Shown piece by piece: positions 1-10,624 of a DNA stretch of 64,000 nt (the stretch's first letter is position 1; each line of letters opens with the position of its first letter). The notes under the pieces were generated by a model. It searched no databases and was not told the origin of the DNA. It saw only the letters and a program-made list of their open reading frames with translations. Location of the stretch: contig JAOQAG010000051.1 of the NCBI GenBank assembly GCA_025963715.1, forward strand, positions 77,125-141,124, in the 5' to 3' direction. The stretch is from Bacteroidota bacterium. Lineage in GTDB: Bacteria > Bacteroidota > Bacteroidia > 2-12-FULL-35-15. Both the position numbers and the translations under genes were made by a program.

Positions 1-2655
1 AATTTCCAAACTATTGAATTAAAAGGAAAGATTGATTTTAATACTTCCAATGAAGATGTTCTTAAATTTTTACGTGACCGTGTAGAAGAAGCGATCCTGA
101 CTTCTGAAACAACATTACGTGCCCGTATCGATAAATTTGGGGTAACACAACCCAACTTTCAGCTTTTGGGTACATCCGGTCGTATCATGATCGAGCTTCC
201 TGGTGTAACCGACAAAGCACGCGTTCGTAAGTTAATTACAGGAACAGCTAACCTTGAATTCTGGGAAACATACGACAATGCAGATATCTATCCTGTATTG
301 GATAAAGCAAACGGCATTCTGAAAGCAATTTTGACTCCTGCACTGGAATTGGATTCTATTGCAAAACAGGATTCAATTGTAAAAGCAAACAGAGTTGCGG
401 ACTCATTAAAAGCATTGACCGGCACACCTGATAAAAAAGGAAAAACACCTGCAGAGATCGCAAAAGAAGATTCCATTGCAAAAGCAAAACTTGTGTCAGG
501 AGATTTAAAAAACCAGTTGAAAAATGCAAAATCTGATCCTGCAAGCAAAGTTGGGCCTACAAAAGACGACACACTTAAAATGTATCAGAAAGATCACCCG
601 TTATTTTCACAGGTATCTATTTTAAGACCAAGTCTGATGCAATTGGAGGGCGGTAAAGTGGATCTGACAAGAGGCCCTGTTGTTGGTATCGCGCTCATCA
701 AAGATACTGCTAAAGTGAACGAATATTTAAACATGCCGAAAGTAAAAGCGTTGTTTAAAAACACTAAGTTTTTCTGGCACTTCAAAGCAATGGACAAAGA
801 TGAAACTGCCGTGCAGCTCATCGCGATCCATATAACCACACACGATGGCAAAGCACCTTTATATGGTGATATCATTGCCGATGCACGTAAAGTATTCGAC
901 CAGTCAAGTGGTGGTTTCCCGCAAATTTCCATGACCATGACTCCGGAAGCAGCGCAGGTATGGAAACGCTTAACCGGTGCAAACGTTAATAAATCAATTG
1001 CCATCGTACTGGATAACAGTGTGTATTCATACCCTAATGTTCAGAGCGAGATCTCAGGAGGCGTATCTTCCATTACCGGAGAGTTTTCAACGAAAGAAGC
1101 AGACGATTTGGTAAACATTTTAAAAGCCGGTAAATTACCAGCTCCTGCACACATCGTTCAGGAAACCGTTGTTGGCCCTACATTAGGTGCAGAAGCAATT
1201 CATAATGGATTTTTCTCCACCCTCATCGCATTGATCCTTGTACTGTTGTTCATGGGTTTCTATTACAACAAAGCAGGTTGGGTTGCCGATTTTGCCATGA
1301 TCATCAATAACTTCTTCGTAGTTGGTATTCTTGCCTCCTTCGGTGCTGTATTAACATTACCTGGTATTGCCGGTATCGTATTAACCATTGCCATGTCCGT
1401 GGATGCGAACATCCTGATCTTTGAGCGTGTACGGGAAGAGTTAAACCTTGGTAAAACAACAGCCGTAGCGATCAAAGAAGGTTACAGGAACGCAATGTCA
1501 TCTGTGATCGATTCCCACGTTACCGGTTTATTATTAGGTATCATCCTGTATGTATTCGGTACAGGGCCAATCCAGGGATTTGCAACTACGTTGATCATCG
1601 GTATCATTTCTTCTTTATTCTGTGCGATCTTTATCACACGTTTAATTTTCGATCGTTGGTTATCTAAAAACAAAGCAATTCCTTTCGGAAATAAATTTAC
1701 AGAGCATGCATTCAAAAAAATCAACATCAACTTCGTAGGAAAACGTAAATACTACTATTTGTTCTCCGGGTTGATCATCGCAGCAGGTATTTTCTGCTAC
1801 GTGAAAAAAGGCGGATTCAGCCTTGGTGTAGATTTTAAAGGTGGACGTTCATACGTTGTTCGTTTCGACAATGCAAAACCAACCGAAGATGTGTTAAAAG
1901 CATTGACCGCTACGTTTGGTGAAGCACCGGAAGTAAAAACATACGGTGAAGCAACACGTTTGCGCATCACCACTACTTATTTAATTGATGATGCCACACA
2001 GGAATCAGAAGCAAAAGTAGAAAGCAAATTACTGGAAGGCTTAAAACCGTTCGGCGTGGATAAATCCAACATCTTAAGCTCTGATAAAGTGGGAGAAACC
2101 GTTTCCCGCGACATTAAATCAAAAGCTATCTGGGCGGTATTATTATCCTGCCTGGTGATGTTCGTCTTCATCTTCGTACGATTCAAAAAATGGCAGTACG
2201 GTTTGGGTGCGGTTGTGGCCTTGTTCCACGACGTTGCCATCGTACTTTCCTTCTACCTGATCTTCGACGGGGTGTTACCATTCTCATTAGAGATCACACA
2301 GGATTTCATCGCTGCGATCTTAACCGTAATGAGTTACTCCATGACCGATACCGTAGTTGTATTTGACCGTATCCGTGAATACTTAACAGAACGTAACAAA
2401 TCCGACCTTGATAAACATGAAAGAGAGCGCGTGATCAATTTTGCATTGAACAGTACATTAAGCCGTACCATCAATACATCATTAACCATCTTCTTCGTAT
2501 TATTAGCGATCTTTATTTTCGGTGGCGAAACCATTAAAGGATTCTCTTTCGCATTGCTGATCGGTATCGTAATCGGTACTTATTCTTCCATCTGTATTGC
2601 AACTCCGATTGTAATCGATCTGGAAAGAGAAAAACCGGAAACAGAAAAAAAATAA
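1..2655 (+). CDS. secDF: Protein translocase SecDF fusion (5' end outside window)
   Basis: Frame is open from base 1, so the TTG at 166 is internal. SecD motifs (GPTLG, LTLPGIAGIVLTIAMSVDANILIFERVREE) are followed by SecF motifs (LGVDFKGG, DTVVVFDRIRE, TLSRTINTS). Confidence 0.96.
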   Translation, partial: NFQTIELKGKIDFNTSNEDVLKFLRDRVEEAILTSETTLRARIDKFGVTQPNFQLLGTSGRIMIELPGVTDKARVRKLITGTANLEFWETYDNADIYPVLDKANGILKAILTPALELDSIAKQDSIVKANRVADSLKALTGTPDKKGKTPAEIAKEDSIAKAKLVSGDLKNQLKNAKSDPASKVGPTKDDTLKMYQKDHPLFSQVSILRPSLMQLEGGKVDLTRGPVVGIALIKDTAKVNEYLNMPKVKALFKNTKFFWHFKAMDKDETAVQLIAIHITTHDGKAPLYGDIIADARKVFDQSSGGFPQISMTMTPEAAQVWKRLTGANVNKSIAIVLDNSVYSYPNVQSEISGGVSSITGEFSTKEADDLVNILKAGKLPAPAHIVQETVVGPTLGAEAIHNGFFSTLIALILVLLFMGFYYNKAGWVADFAMIINNFFVVGILASFGAVLTLPGIAGIVLTIAMSVDANILIFERVREELNLGKTTAVAIKEGYRNAMSSVIDSHVTGLLLGIILYVFGTGPIQGFATTLIIGIISSLFCAIFITRLIFDRWLSKNKAIPFGNKFTEHAFKKININFVGKRKYYYLFSGLIIAAGIFCYVKKGGFSLGVDFKGGRSYVVRFDNAKPTEDVLKALTATFGEAPEVKTYGEATRLRITTTYLIDDATQESEAKVESKLLEGLKPFGVDKSNILSSDKVGETVSRDIKSKAIWAVLLSCLVMFVFIFVRFKKWQYGLGAVVALFHDVAIVLSFYLIFDGVLPFSLEITQDFIAAILTVMSYSMTDTVVVFDRIREYLTERNKSDLDKHERERVINFALNSTLSRTINTSLTIFFVLLAIFIFGGETIKGFSFALLIGIVIGTYSSICIATPIVIDLEREKPETEKK

Positions 2656-2672
2656 TTTTGAATAGATAAAAT

Positions 2673-2707
2673 AAAAGCCCCGATGCGATCCGCACCGGGG
2701 CTTTTTG
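2673..2707 (+). terminator. Intrinsic terminator after secDF
   Basis: AAAAGCCCCG...CGGGGCTTTT stem followed by a T tract. Confidence 0.8.
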
Positions 2708-2719
2708 TTTGGAACGAGC

Positions 2720-2878
2720 ATGCTGTTTTTTTATTAAAGAGATTAAAACACAGCATCTCTGCGAGAAAACACACACAGTATTTCAACCACAGCCTTTGCG
2801 AACTTTGCGCCTCCTCCGTGCTCTCCGCGGTAAAACCCACACAGCAACTTTAAACTTTCCAACTTTGAACTTTCAACT
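2720..2878. repeat. Mosaic intergenic repeat (CACAGC junctions, 9-mer array ending GGTAAA, AACTTT(G/A) heptamer array)
   Basis: Same building blocks recur at 14355-14412, 15675-15990, 53414-53470 and 62221-62314. Confidence 0.6.
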
Positions 2879-2915
2879 AATATTATTCTGTACTTTTGTA
2901 CAATAATATTCTATC

Positions 2916-3245
2916 ATGTTAAATTCAATTTTTTTATTTCTAAACCTGGGTGGAGGCGAAGTATTCATGATCGTGCTGGTGGTACTCATGCTGTTCGGCT
3001 CTGATAAATTACCGGAGATAGCAAAAGGACTGGGAAAAGGATTGCGCGAAATTAACGATGCAAAAGACCAGATCCAAAATGAGATCTCAAAAAGTACAGA
3101 AGGATTTGCTTCCGAAATAAGAAAACATACCTCCGAAATTCAATCCGAAATTGAAAAAGCCGGAGAAAGTATGAAACGCCAGATGGATGATGTGGGTAAA
3201 GTGATTGCTGATGAAGGGAAAAACATGGAAGACACCATGAAATAA
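2916..3245 (+). CDS. tatA: Twin-arginine translocase TatA/TatB family subunit
   Basis: LGGGE-hydrophobic helix-LFG..KLPEIAKGLGKGLRE signature. Confidence 0.88.
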   Translation: MLNSIFLFLNLGGGEVFMIVLVVLMLFGSDKLPEIAKGLGKGLREINDAKDQIQNEISKSTEGFASEIRKHTSEIQSEIEKAGESMKRQMDDVGKVIADEGKNMEDTMK

Positions 3246-3321
3246 GATCTCAACACAATTTATACGCTCCTGCAATTTGCAGGAGCTTTTTTATTTACAA
3301 TACAATTTAAAAAATAAACGC

Positions 3322-3532
3322 ATGAAGTTTAATAAATTAATCCCTAACGTTTTTTATACCGATGCAAAAGTGGGATTAAAAACATTTGTGGATTGCCTCG
3401 GCTTTAAAATCGGAGCACCCGTTTTGTGTCATAGAAAGAGACGGCATTGTTATGCATTTGCATGAAAGCCGGGAATTTGCATTACTGGATGCGTCCGGTG
3501 TTTGCATCGTGATCCAGCAATGGGAAAAATAA
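3322..3532 (+). pseudogene. Frameshifted, probably internally deleted VOC/glyoxalase-family gene
   Basis: MKFNKLIPNVFY...DCLGFKIG in one frame continues in another frame as EHPFCVIERDGIVMHL..REFALLDASGVCIVIQQWEK*. About 70 codons in total, shorter than a normal VOC domain. Confidence 0.65.
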
Positions 3533-3552
3533 ATTTGCTTAAACCTGCTTAA

Positions 3553-4059
3553 ATGAAAGTAATAGAAACCGAACGTTTAGTGCTGGAAGAGATGGTTACA
3601 GAAGATGCCGCTTTTATGCTGGAGCTGTTAAATACGCCTTCGTGGCTTAAATATATTGGCGACAGGAATGTGCATACCATTGAGGAGGCCCGTAATTATT
3701 TATTATACGGAGCAATGAGCAGCTATAAAAAATCCGGCTTCGGTTTTTACCGCGTACGGTTAAAAGGTTCGGAGACTGTGATTGGTACCTGCGGGCTTGT
3801 GAAAAGAGATACACTGGAAGATGTGGATCTTGGCTTTGCTTACCTGCCTGAATATGAAAAAAAGGGATATGCACAGGAAGCCGCCGCTGCAACACTGGAA
3901 TTTGCAAAATTAACGCTGCAGCTGAAACGCGTTGTAGCCATCACCCTCGAAAATAATGAAAATTGCATTCGCCTGCTCAAAAAACTGGGTATGCAATACG
4001 AACGAAACGTCCGCTTTGATGAAACCGAAGAGTTGATGCTGTTCGGAATTACACTCTAG
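3553..4059 (+). CDS. RimJ/RimL-type GNAT acetyltransferase
   Basis: IETERLVL start, IGTCGL, DLGFAYLPEYEKKGYAQEAA, N..CIRLLKKLGM. Confidence 0.88.
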   Translation: MKVIETERLVLEEMVTEDAAFMLELLNTPSWLKYIGDRNVHTIEEARNYLLYGAMSSYKKSGFGFYRVRLKGSETVIGTCGLVKRDTLEDVDLGFAYLPEYEKKGYAQEAAAATLEFAKLTLQLKRVVAITLENNENCIRLLKKLGMQYERNVRFDETEELMLFGITL

Positions 4060-4175
4060 TTGGATGTTGGATCTTAGATATTGGACGGAAACACTCTTTT
4101 GCAGGTCATAAATTTCAATCTTATTTTAATTGAGTATCCGGAACTTTGCACCATGAAAAGAAATTATTTTAAGAA

Positions 4176-4267
4176 CGTCATTGCGAGGGCTTTTCGCCCG
4201 AAGCAATCTCACACCAGATTATGAGCTAGAATGAGATTGCTTCGGGCGAAAAGCCCTCGCAATGACG
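4176..4267. repeat. REPIN-like hairpin, family A (GTCATTGCGAG...GAAGCAATCT)
   Basis: Perfect 36-bp inverted arms (4176-4211 and 4232-4267) with a 20-nt loop. Near-identical copy at 27172-27261. Confidence 0.9.
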
Positions 4268-4701
4268 CACCAATTAATATTTTTCAATTAAAATAGTTAT
4301 AAGCTTGGTATAAACTTTCCGATTTCAATTTATTTCAACATTCCTTTTCAAATGATCTCCAATCAGGTTTTTTTTCACCCGGCCTAATATCCAACATCTA
4401 AAATCTAATATCTTCCCCACGGAGCCATTATTTTAAAATTACCACAAATGACTTTTTTTAACCATTTGTTCCCATTTTAATACCCTGTTGATAAAAAATA
4501 ATCACTTTTTTGTCCAATACCCCCTCTTTTTTTATACTTTTGTGTCAGAAAATTGATTTTTTTAATTTTGACTCCCGGTTTTTACACAATTAATATCGAA
4601 TATCTAAAATTTAACATCCTTTTATACACAGTCTAATATCCAACATCTAAAAATCTAACATCTTTATACACACAAACATCTAAAATCCAACATCCGGCAA
4701 C

Positions 4702-6891
4702 ATGGCATTTCACAGATTTAAAGCATTAGAAGCGGTTTTAACCAGGAAACCCATCGAAGTAACCTTGCCAAGCAACAAGGTTTCAGAATTTTTCGGAGAA
4801 AACGTGTTTGGCATCGATGCGATGCGCGAATATCTTTCGGAAGAAGCATTTAACAGCGTAATGTCTGCCATGCAGCAGGGAAGCCGCATCGACCGTAAAA
4901 TGGCTGATCAGGTAGCCTCTTCCATGAAAGCATGGGCCAACTCAAAAGGCGCAACGCACTACACACACTGGTTTCAACCTTTAACCGGAACAACAGCCGA
5001 AAAACACGATGCATTTTTTGAACCTACAGAAGGCGGAAGAGCGATCGAGCGTTTTGGAGGCGGACAATTAGTACAACAGGAACCGGATGCATCCAGCTTC
5101 CCGAACGGTGGGATCCGTAACACATTTGAAGCACGCGGTTACACCGCATGGGATCCCACATCGCCTGCATTTGTGATCGGTAAAACATTGTGTATCCCAA
5201 CGATCTTTGTTTCTTACACCGGCGAAGCGCTGGATTTTAAAACACCATTGCTGAAAGCCTTACACGCCATCGATAAAGCAGCGGTGGATGTATGCCAGTA
5301 TTTTGATAAAAATGTTACGAAAGTAAACGCAACATTAGGCTGGGAACAGGAGTATTTTTTAGTGGACGAGGCACTGTATAATGCGCGTCCTGATTTGTCG
5401 ATGACCGGCCGTACTTTATTCGGCCATACGCCTGCAAAAGGCCAGCAGCTGGAAGATCATTACTTTGGCTCCATTCCCGATCGTGCCACCGCTTTTATGC
5501 GCGATTTTGAGATCGAATCCCTTAAATTAGGCATTCCGATCAAAACCCGTCACAATGAAGTAGCTCCAAACCAGTTTGAGTGTGCGCCTGTATTTGAAGA
5601 GTGCAACATTGCTGTGGATCATAACCAATTACTGATGGATGTGATGGAAAAAGTAGCACGCCGTCATAACTTTTGCGTATTACTACATGAAAAACCGTAT
5701 GCAGGGGTAAACGGCAGCGGAAAGCACAACAACTGGAGCTTAGGTACCAACACCGGCAAAAACCTGTTGAGCCCGGGCAAAACACCAAAAACAAATTTAC
5801 AATTCCTTACCTTTTTCATCAATACCGTAAAAGCTGTTCACGATAATGCGGATCTGCTGCGTGCATGCATCGCTTCCGCGAACAATGATCACCGTTTGGG
5901 CGCCAATGAAGCACCTCCCGCGATCATGTCGGTTTTCCTGGGAACGCAGCTTTCCAATGTATTGGATGAACTGGAATCGAAAGTAAAATCAGGGAAAATG
6001 AGCCCGGATGAAAAAACGGCCTTGAAATTAGGCGTAGGTAAAATTCCGGATATTTTACTGGACAATACCGACAGGAACAGAACTTCTCCCTTTGCATTTA
6101 CCGGAAATAAATTTGAGTTCCGTGCCGTTGGATCCTCTGCAAACTGCGCCGGGCCAATGATGGTGCTGAACAGTATCATGGCGGATCAGCTGATCAAATT
6201 TAAAAAAGAAGTAGATGCGCTGATCGCTAAAAATGTGGACAAGGACGAAGCTATTTTCCAGGTATTGAGACAATGCATCGTGGATTCTAAAAAGATCCGT
6301 TTTGAAGGAAACGGGTATGGTGATGAGTGGGTAAAAGAAGCGGAAAAACGCGGCTTGTCCAACATCAAAACCACACCCCTGGCGCTGGGCGGATTTATAT
6401 CCAAACAAAGCATGGAATTGTTCGAAAGAAACAACATTATGACCGATCGCGAGCAACATGCACGTTACGATATTTACCTGGAAACATACACCAAAAAAAT
6501 TCAGATCGAATCCCGCGTAATGGCTGATCTGGCACTGAACCACATCATTCCTACATCGATCAAATATCAAAGCTCGCTGGTGGAAAATGTAAGAGGCCTG
6601 AAAGAGATTTTCGGTGCTGCCGAATTTAAAAAAGCATCCACCATTCAGCTGGAAATGATCACTGCAATTTCCGACCACATCAACACCATCAAAACCAAAG
6701 TGGATGAGATGACGGAAGCCCGTAAAAAAGCCAATGGAATTACTGATGTGAAAAAACAGGCAGTGGAGTATTGCGACAAGGTAAAAGCTTATTTTGACGA
6801 TATCCGTTACCATGTGGATAAGCTGGAATTGCTGGTAGATGATGAAAGTTGGCCGTTGCCGAAATACAGAGAGCTGTTGTTTACAAAATAA
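4702..6891 (+). CDS. glnA: Glutamine synthetase type III
   Basis: 729 aa with ATHYTHWFQPLTG, EPDASSFPNGG, HNEVAPNQFE, NGSGKHNNWS, RNRTSPFAFTGNKFEFRAVGSS and WPLPKYRELLF. Confidence 0.96.
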   Translation: MAFHRFKALEAVLTRKPIEVTLPSNKVSEFFGENVFGIDAMREYLSEEAFNSVMSAMQQGSRIDRKMADQVASSMKAWANSKGATHYTHWFQPLTGTTAEKHDAFFEPTEGGRAIERFGGGQLVQQEPDASSFPNGGIRNTFEARGYTAWDPTSPAFVIGKTLCIPTIFVSYTGEALDFKTPLLKALHAIDKAAVDVCQYFDKNVTKVNATLGWEQEYFLVDEALYNARPDLSMTGRTLFGHTPAKGQQLEDHYFGSIPDRATAFMRDFEIESLKLGIPIKTRHNEVAPNQFECAPVFEECNIAVDHNQLLMDVMEKVARRHNFCVLLHEKPYAGVNGSGKHNNWSLGTNTGKNLLSPGKTPKTNLQFLTFFINTVKAVHDNADLLRACIASANNDHRLGANEAPPAIMSVFLGTQLSNVLDELESKVKSGKMSPDEKTALKLGVGKIPDILLDNTDRNRTSPFAFTGNKFEFRAVGSSANCAGPMMVLNSIMADQLIKFKKEVDALIAKNVDKDEAIFQVLRQCIVDSKKIRFEGNGYGDEWVKEAEKRGLSNIKTTPLALGGFISKQSMELFERNNIMTDREQHARYDIYLETYTKKIQIESRVMADLALNHIIPTSIKYQSSLVENVRGLKEIFGAAEFKKASTIQLEMITAISDHINTIKTKVDEMTEARKKANGITDVKKQAVEYCDKVKAYFDDIRYHVDKLELLVDDESWPLPKYRELLFTK

Positions 6892-6905
6892 TACAACTGA
6901 AAATT

Positions 6906-6945
6906 AAAAAAGACCCCGGAAGCATTGTTTTTGGGGTCTTTTTTT
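6906..6945 (+). terminator. Intrinsic terminator after glnA
   Basis: AAAAAAGACCCC...GGGGTCTTTTTTT. Confidence 0.8.
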
Positions 6946-7139
6946 CCCTTGGGAACGAGGTCTCCGCTTGAATAAAACGGGAGAAAAAGAATATTTATCC
7001 TGCTAATATTGACAAGCAGGGCACACCCATTTGATATTTGCAATGTTTTCGGCTAAATAAAAAATCAATAAAGAATTTTTTTGTTTCAAATATTTCTTTA
7101 TTTTAGCACCCAATAATTAGTTAAAACCTAGAAACTGAT

Positions 7140-9245
7140 ATGAAGATAATTACAAAATTAACCGCCGGATTAGCAATTATTCTATTCTTCTCCACAGCTG
7201 CTGTGGCACAGAAAAACTTTTCGAAGGATGCGGATAAAGCGTATGATAACAAAGAGTATTTCAATGCTATAGAGCTTTATAAAAAGGCTTTTACAAAAGC
7301 AAAAAGGAAAGAAGACAAAGCGCTTATCATTTTCAGAACAGCGGAATGTTACCGTATGGTCAACGATAACAAACAAGCTGAAGCCTGGTATACAAAAGCG
7401 ATTAAAGCAAATTATACTGATCCGAAAGCAGAATTGTATCTTGCTGATGCTAAAAAAGCACAGGAAAAATACAACGAAGCGCTGATCGAGTACAATAAAT
7501 ATAAAACTCAGGTTCCTTCTGACCCACGCGGTGAAGACGGTGCAAAATCCTGCGAGCTTGCTCAGAAATGGAAAGATAACCCAACCCGTTACAAAGTGGA
7601 GAACCTGGCACAGATCAATACAAAAGATCCTGACTTTGCTCCGATGTACGCAGATAAAAAATACAACAAAATTTATTTTACTTCCATGCGTCCGGGTGTT
7701 GCCGGAAGCACAATCGATCAGACAAACGGTGAGCTTTACAGCGATATTTTTGAGACATCAATGGATAAAAACGGTAAATGGAGCACACCAACTGCACTTC
7801 CTGAACCGGTAAATACAAAAGACAACGAGGGTTTATCTACGATCTCTAAAAAAGGGGATATGATGGTGTTTACACGTTGTATCGTTGAAAAAAACAAAGA
7901 AATGTACAACCAGTTATGGTCAGCAGCTAAAAAAGGAAATTCATGGGGCGATCCTGTGAAAATCGCTTTCTGCATTGATACAATAAAATTTGCATCTCCA
8001 TCTTTATCTTCTGACGGACAGACATTGTTCTTCTCTTCAAATATGCCTGGCGGACAAGGAGACAATGATATCTGGTATTCAAAATACGATAAAAAAGCTC
8101 AAAAATGGGGTACACCGGTTAATTTAGGTCCTGGTATCAACACTCCCGGTAATGACGTATTTCCTTTCATTCACGATGACGGTACTTTATATTTCTCTTC
8201 AACAGGTCACTTAGGAATGGGTGGTTTGGATATCTTCAAAGCAGAGAAAAAAGGAGATGACCAATGGGCAAACGTTACCAACATGAAATACCCGATCAAC
8301 TCTGCAGGAGATGATTTCGGAATCGTTTTCGAAGGTAAAAAAGAAAGAGGTTACTTATCTTCTAACCGCGAAGGAACAAAAGGTGCGGATGACTTATGGT
8401 CGTTTGTATTGCCTCCATTGTTGTTCGTGATCGAAGGAGATATTACTGACTGTAAATTCAAAGAAACAATTGCTGGAGTAACTGTTAAATTAGTTGGTTC
8501 AGACGGTTCTTCCGTTGAAACTAAAACAGATGCAGCTGGTCACTATAAATTTGCAGAAAACGGTTCTGCACGTTATGTAAACCCAAATACTTCTTATGTG
8601 ATCTCTGTAAGTGTTGCTAACGATGTGAAAACAACACAGGCGCCTCAGGGATTCCTGAGCAGCTCTGAAAAACCAAAAGAAACAACTGTTGGTGTTGAAG
8701 AAGCTAAGACATTCAAACATGATTTCTGCTTAGTGCCTATTGAGCGTTTCATCCGTTTCCCGGATGTATTGTATGACTTAGGTAAAGCGGATCTTCGTCC
8801 GGAATCAAAAGATTCATTGGATTTCCTGTATCAAACATTATTGGATAACCCTACATTTGTGATCGAGTTAAGCTCCCACACCGATTACCGTGGTAGTGAT
8901 GCTGCCAACCAGAAATTATCTGAAGCACGTGCTAAATCCTGTGTTGATTATCTGATCTCTAAAGGAATTAACCCTGCCCGTTTAAAAGCAAAAGGTTACG
9001 GCGAAAAAGCACCATTGGAAGTAAAAGATGAAAAAGGAACTGTATTATATACACTTACTGAAGCATACATCAACAAGACAACCAAAGGACAGCCGAAACA
9101 GGTATACGAAGCGCTGATGCAGAAAAACAGACGTACTGTGTTCTCCGTATTAAGCAAAGATTTCGTTGATCCGAATGCACCGAAAGATGTTCCTAAAACA
9201 GATGCACCGAAACCGAAAACGGACGATGACGATAGCGGTGAATAA
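7140..9245 (+). CDS. OmpA-family peptidoglycan-binding protein with TPR, PD40 propeller and carboxypeptidase-regulatory-like domains (PorE-like architecture)
   Basis: Signal peptide, N-terminal TPRs, PD40 repeats (GINTPGNDVFPF, PINSAGDDFG) and a C-terminal OmpA domain (SHTDYRGS..NQKLSEARA, NRRTVF). Confidence 0.88.
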   Translation: MKIITKLTAGLAIILFFSTAAVAQKNFSKDADKAYDNKEYFNAIELYKKAFTKAKRKEDKALIIFRTAECYRMVNDNKQAEAWYTKAIKANYTDPKAELYLADAKKAQEKYNEALIEYNKYKTQVPSDPRGEDGAKSCELAQKWKDNPTRYKVENLAQINTKDPDFAPMYADKKYNKIYFTSMRPGVAGSTIDQTNGELYSDIFETSMDKNGKWSTPTALPEPVNTKDNEGLSTISKKGDMMVFTRCIVEKNKEMYNQLWSAAKKGNSWGDPVKIAFCIDTIKFASPSLSSDGQTLFFSSNMPGGQGDNDIWYSKYDKKAQKWGTPVNLGPGINTPGNDVFPFIHDDGTLYFSSTGHLGMGGLDIFKAEKKGDDQWANVTNMKYPINSAGDDFGIVFEGKKERGYLSSNREGTKGADDLWSFVLPPLLFVIEGDITDCKFKETIAGVTVKLVGSDGSSVETKTDAAGHYKFAENGSARYVNPNTSYVISVSVANDVKTTQAPQGFLSSSEKPKETTVGVEEAKTFKHDFCLVPIERFIRFPDVLYDLGKADLRPESKDSLDFLYQTLLDNPTFVIELSSHTDYRGSDAANQKLSEARAKSCVDYLISKGINPARLKAKGYGEKAPLEVKDEKGTVLYTLTEAYINKTTKGQPKQVYEALMQKNRRTVFSVLSKDFVDPNAPKDVPKTDAPKPKTDDDDSGE

Positions 9246-9273
9246 GAAATAATATTTTTAACATTTACAATGC

Positions 9274-9305
9274 AAAAACATCCTGACATTTGTCGGGATG
9301 TTTTT
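9274..9305 (+). terminator. Intrinsic terminator
   Basis: AAAAACATCCTGAC-ATTT-GTCGGGATGTTTTT. Confidence 0.75.
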
Positions 9306-9338
9306 ATTTTAAGACATTTCCACAGCTCTAAAGAATAT

Positions 9339-10535
9339 ATGACAACAGACAGTAACAGATACAATCAACGGGGAGTTTCGGCATCAAAAGAAGATGTACA
9401 TGCTGCGATCTCCAAAATTGATAAAGGATTATTCCCAAAGGCATTTTGCAAGATCGTGCCGGATTATTTGAGCGGTGATGAAGAATATTGCATTGTGATG
9501 CATGCAGATGGCGCAGGCACAAAATCATCGCTTGCCTATACCTACTGGAAAGAAACAGGAGATATGTCGGTTTGGAAAGGCATTGCACAGGATGCGATCA
9601 TTATGAATACAGATGATTTGCTGTGCGTGGGTGCTGTCAATAATATTTTACTTTCTTCCACCATTGGCCGTAATAAAAATGTGATCCCCGGGGAAGTAAT
9701 CTCCGCGATCATTAATGGTACGGAGCTGGTGCTGGAACAATTACGAAAATACGGGATCGGCATTTATTCCACCGGTGGCGAAACCGCCGATGTGGGCGAC
9801 CTGGTGCGTACGCTGATCGTGGATTCGACGGTAATTTGCCGCATGAAACGCAGCGATGTGATCGATAACAGCAACATCCGGCCCGGAGATGTGATCGTTG
9901 GCCTTGCTTCCTACGGACAAGCCAATTATGAAACGGAATATAACGGAGGAATGGGAAGCAATGGGCTAACATCCGCAAGACACGACGTTTTTCAGAAAGC
10001 ATTATCAAAAAAATTCCCGGAAAGCTTTGATCCTGCTGTGCCGGAAGATCTGGTTTACAGTGGAAAAGTAGGATTGGGCGAAAATATCAACATTCCGCCA
10101 ACGGAATTAAATTCGGCTTTTGAAGTAACGGCTGGCAAGCTGGTTTTGTCGCCTACGCGGACATACGCGCCGGTAATTAAAAAGATCCTGGATAAATACC
10201 GCGGACAATTGCATGGAATGGTGCATTGCAGCGGAGGTGCGCAAACAAAAGTGCTGCATTTTACAGATCAGGTGCACATCATTAAGGATAACCTGTTTCC
10301 GATCCCGCCGCTGTTCCGGCTCATCCATGAGCAAAGCGGTACCGACTGGAAAGAAATGTACAAAGTGTTCAATATGGGGCATCGTATGGAATTATATGTG
10401 TCGGGAGCAATTGCTGCGGACCTGATCGCGATTTCAAAATCATTTAATGTAGATGCCCGCATAGTGGGAAGGGTGGAGGAAAGTACGGTAAATAAGCTCA
10501 CGATCAAATCGGAGTTTGGAACCTACGAATACTAA
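9339..10535 (+). CDS. purM: Phosphoribosylformylglycinamidine cyclo-ligase (AIR synthase), Bacteroidota type
   Basis: RGVSASKEDVH, HADGAGTKS, GGETADVGD, HCSGGAQTK, VFNMGHR. ATG at 9339 preferred because the ATG at 9270 overlaps the upstream terminator. Confidence 0.92.
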   Translation: MTTDSNRYNQRGVSASKEDVHAAISKIDKGLFPKAFCKIVPDYLSGDEEYCIVMHADGAGTKSSLAYTYWKETGDMSVWKGIAQDAIIMNTDDLLCVGAVNNILLSSTIGRNKNVIPGEVISAIINGTELVLEQLRKYGIGIYSTGGETADVGDLVRTLIVDSTVICRMKRSDVIDNSNIRPGDVIVGLASYGQANYETEYNGGMGSNGLTSARHDVFQKALSKKFPESFDPAVPEDLVYSGKVGLGENINIPPTELNSAFEVTAGKLVLSPTRTYAPVIKKILDKYRGQLHGMVHCSGGAQTKVLHFTDQVHIIKDNLFPIPPLFRLIHEQSGTDWKEMYKVFNMGHRMELYVSGAIAADLIAISKSFNVDARIVGRVEESTVNKLTIKSEFGTYEY

Positions 10536-10624
10536 ATTATGTTAAAATTTACAGAGGGTTTATAAAGCAAGTAACTTTACTGTATAATTAACTATTATAC
10601 CTAAATCAAAAAACTTAAATCACA

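Noticed and set aside
2503-2906. Short ORFs over the secDF-tatA spacer, and likewise 12630-12953, 14394-14624, 15891-16088 and 62143-62349
   Set aside because: They translate terminators and heptamer repeat arrays and are not credible proteins.
6055-6813. 252-aa minus-strand ORF, and similar shadows such as 20711-21529, 38575-39084, 50628-51155 and 51976-52563
   Set aside because: They lie wholly opposite well-supported genes and have no recognisable motifs.
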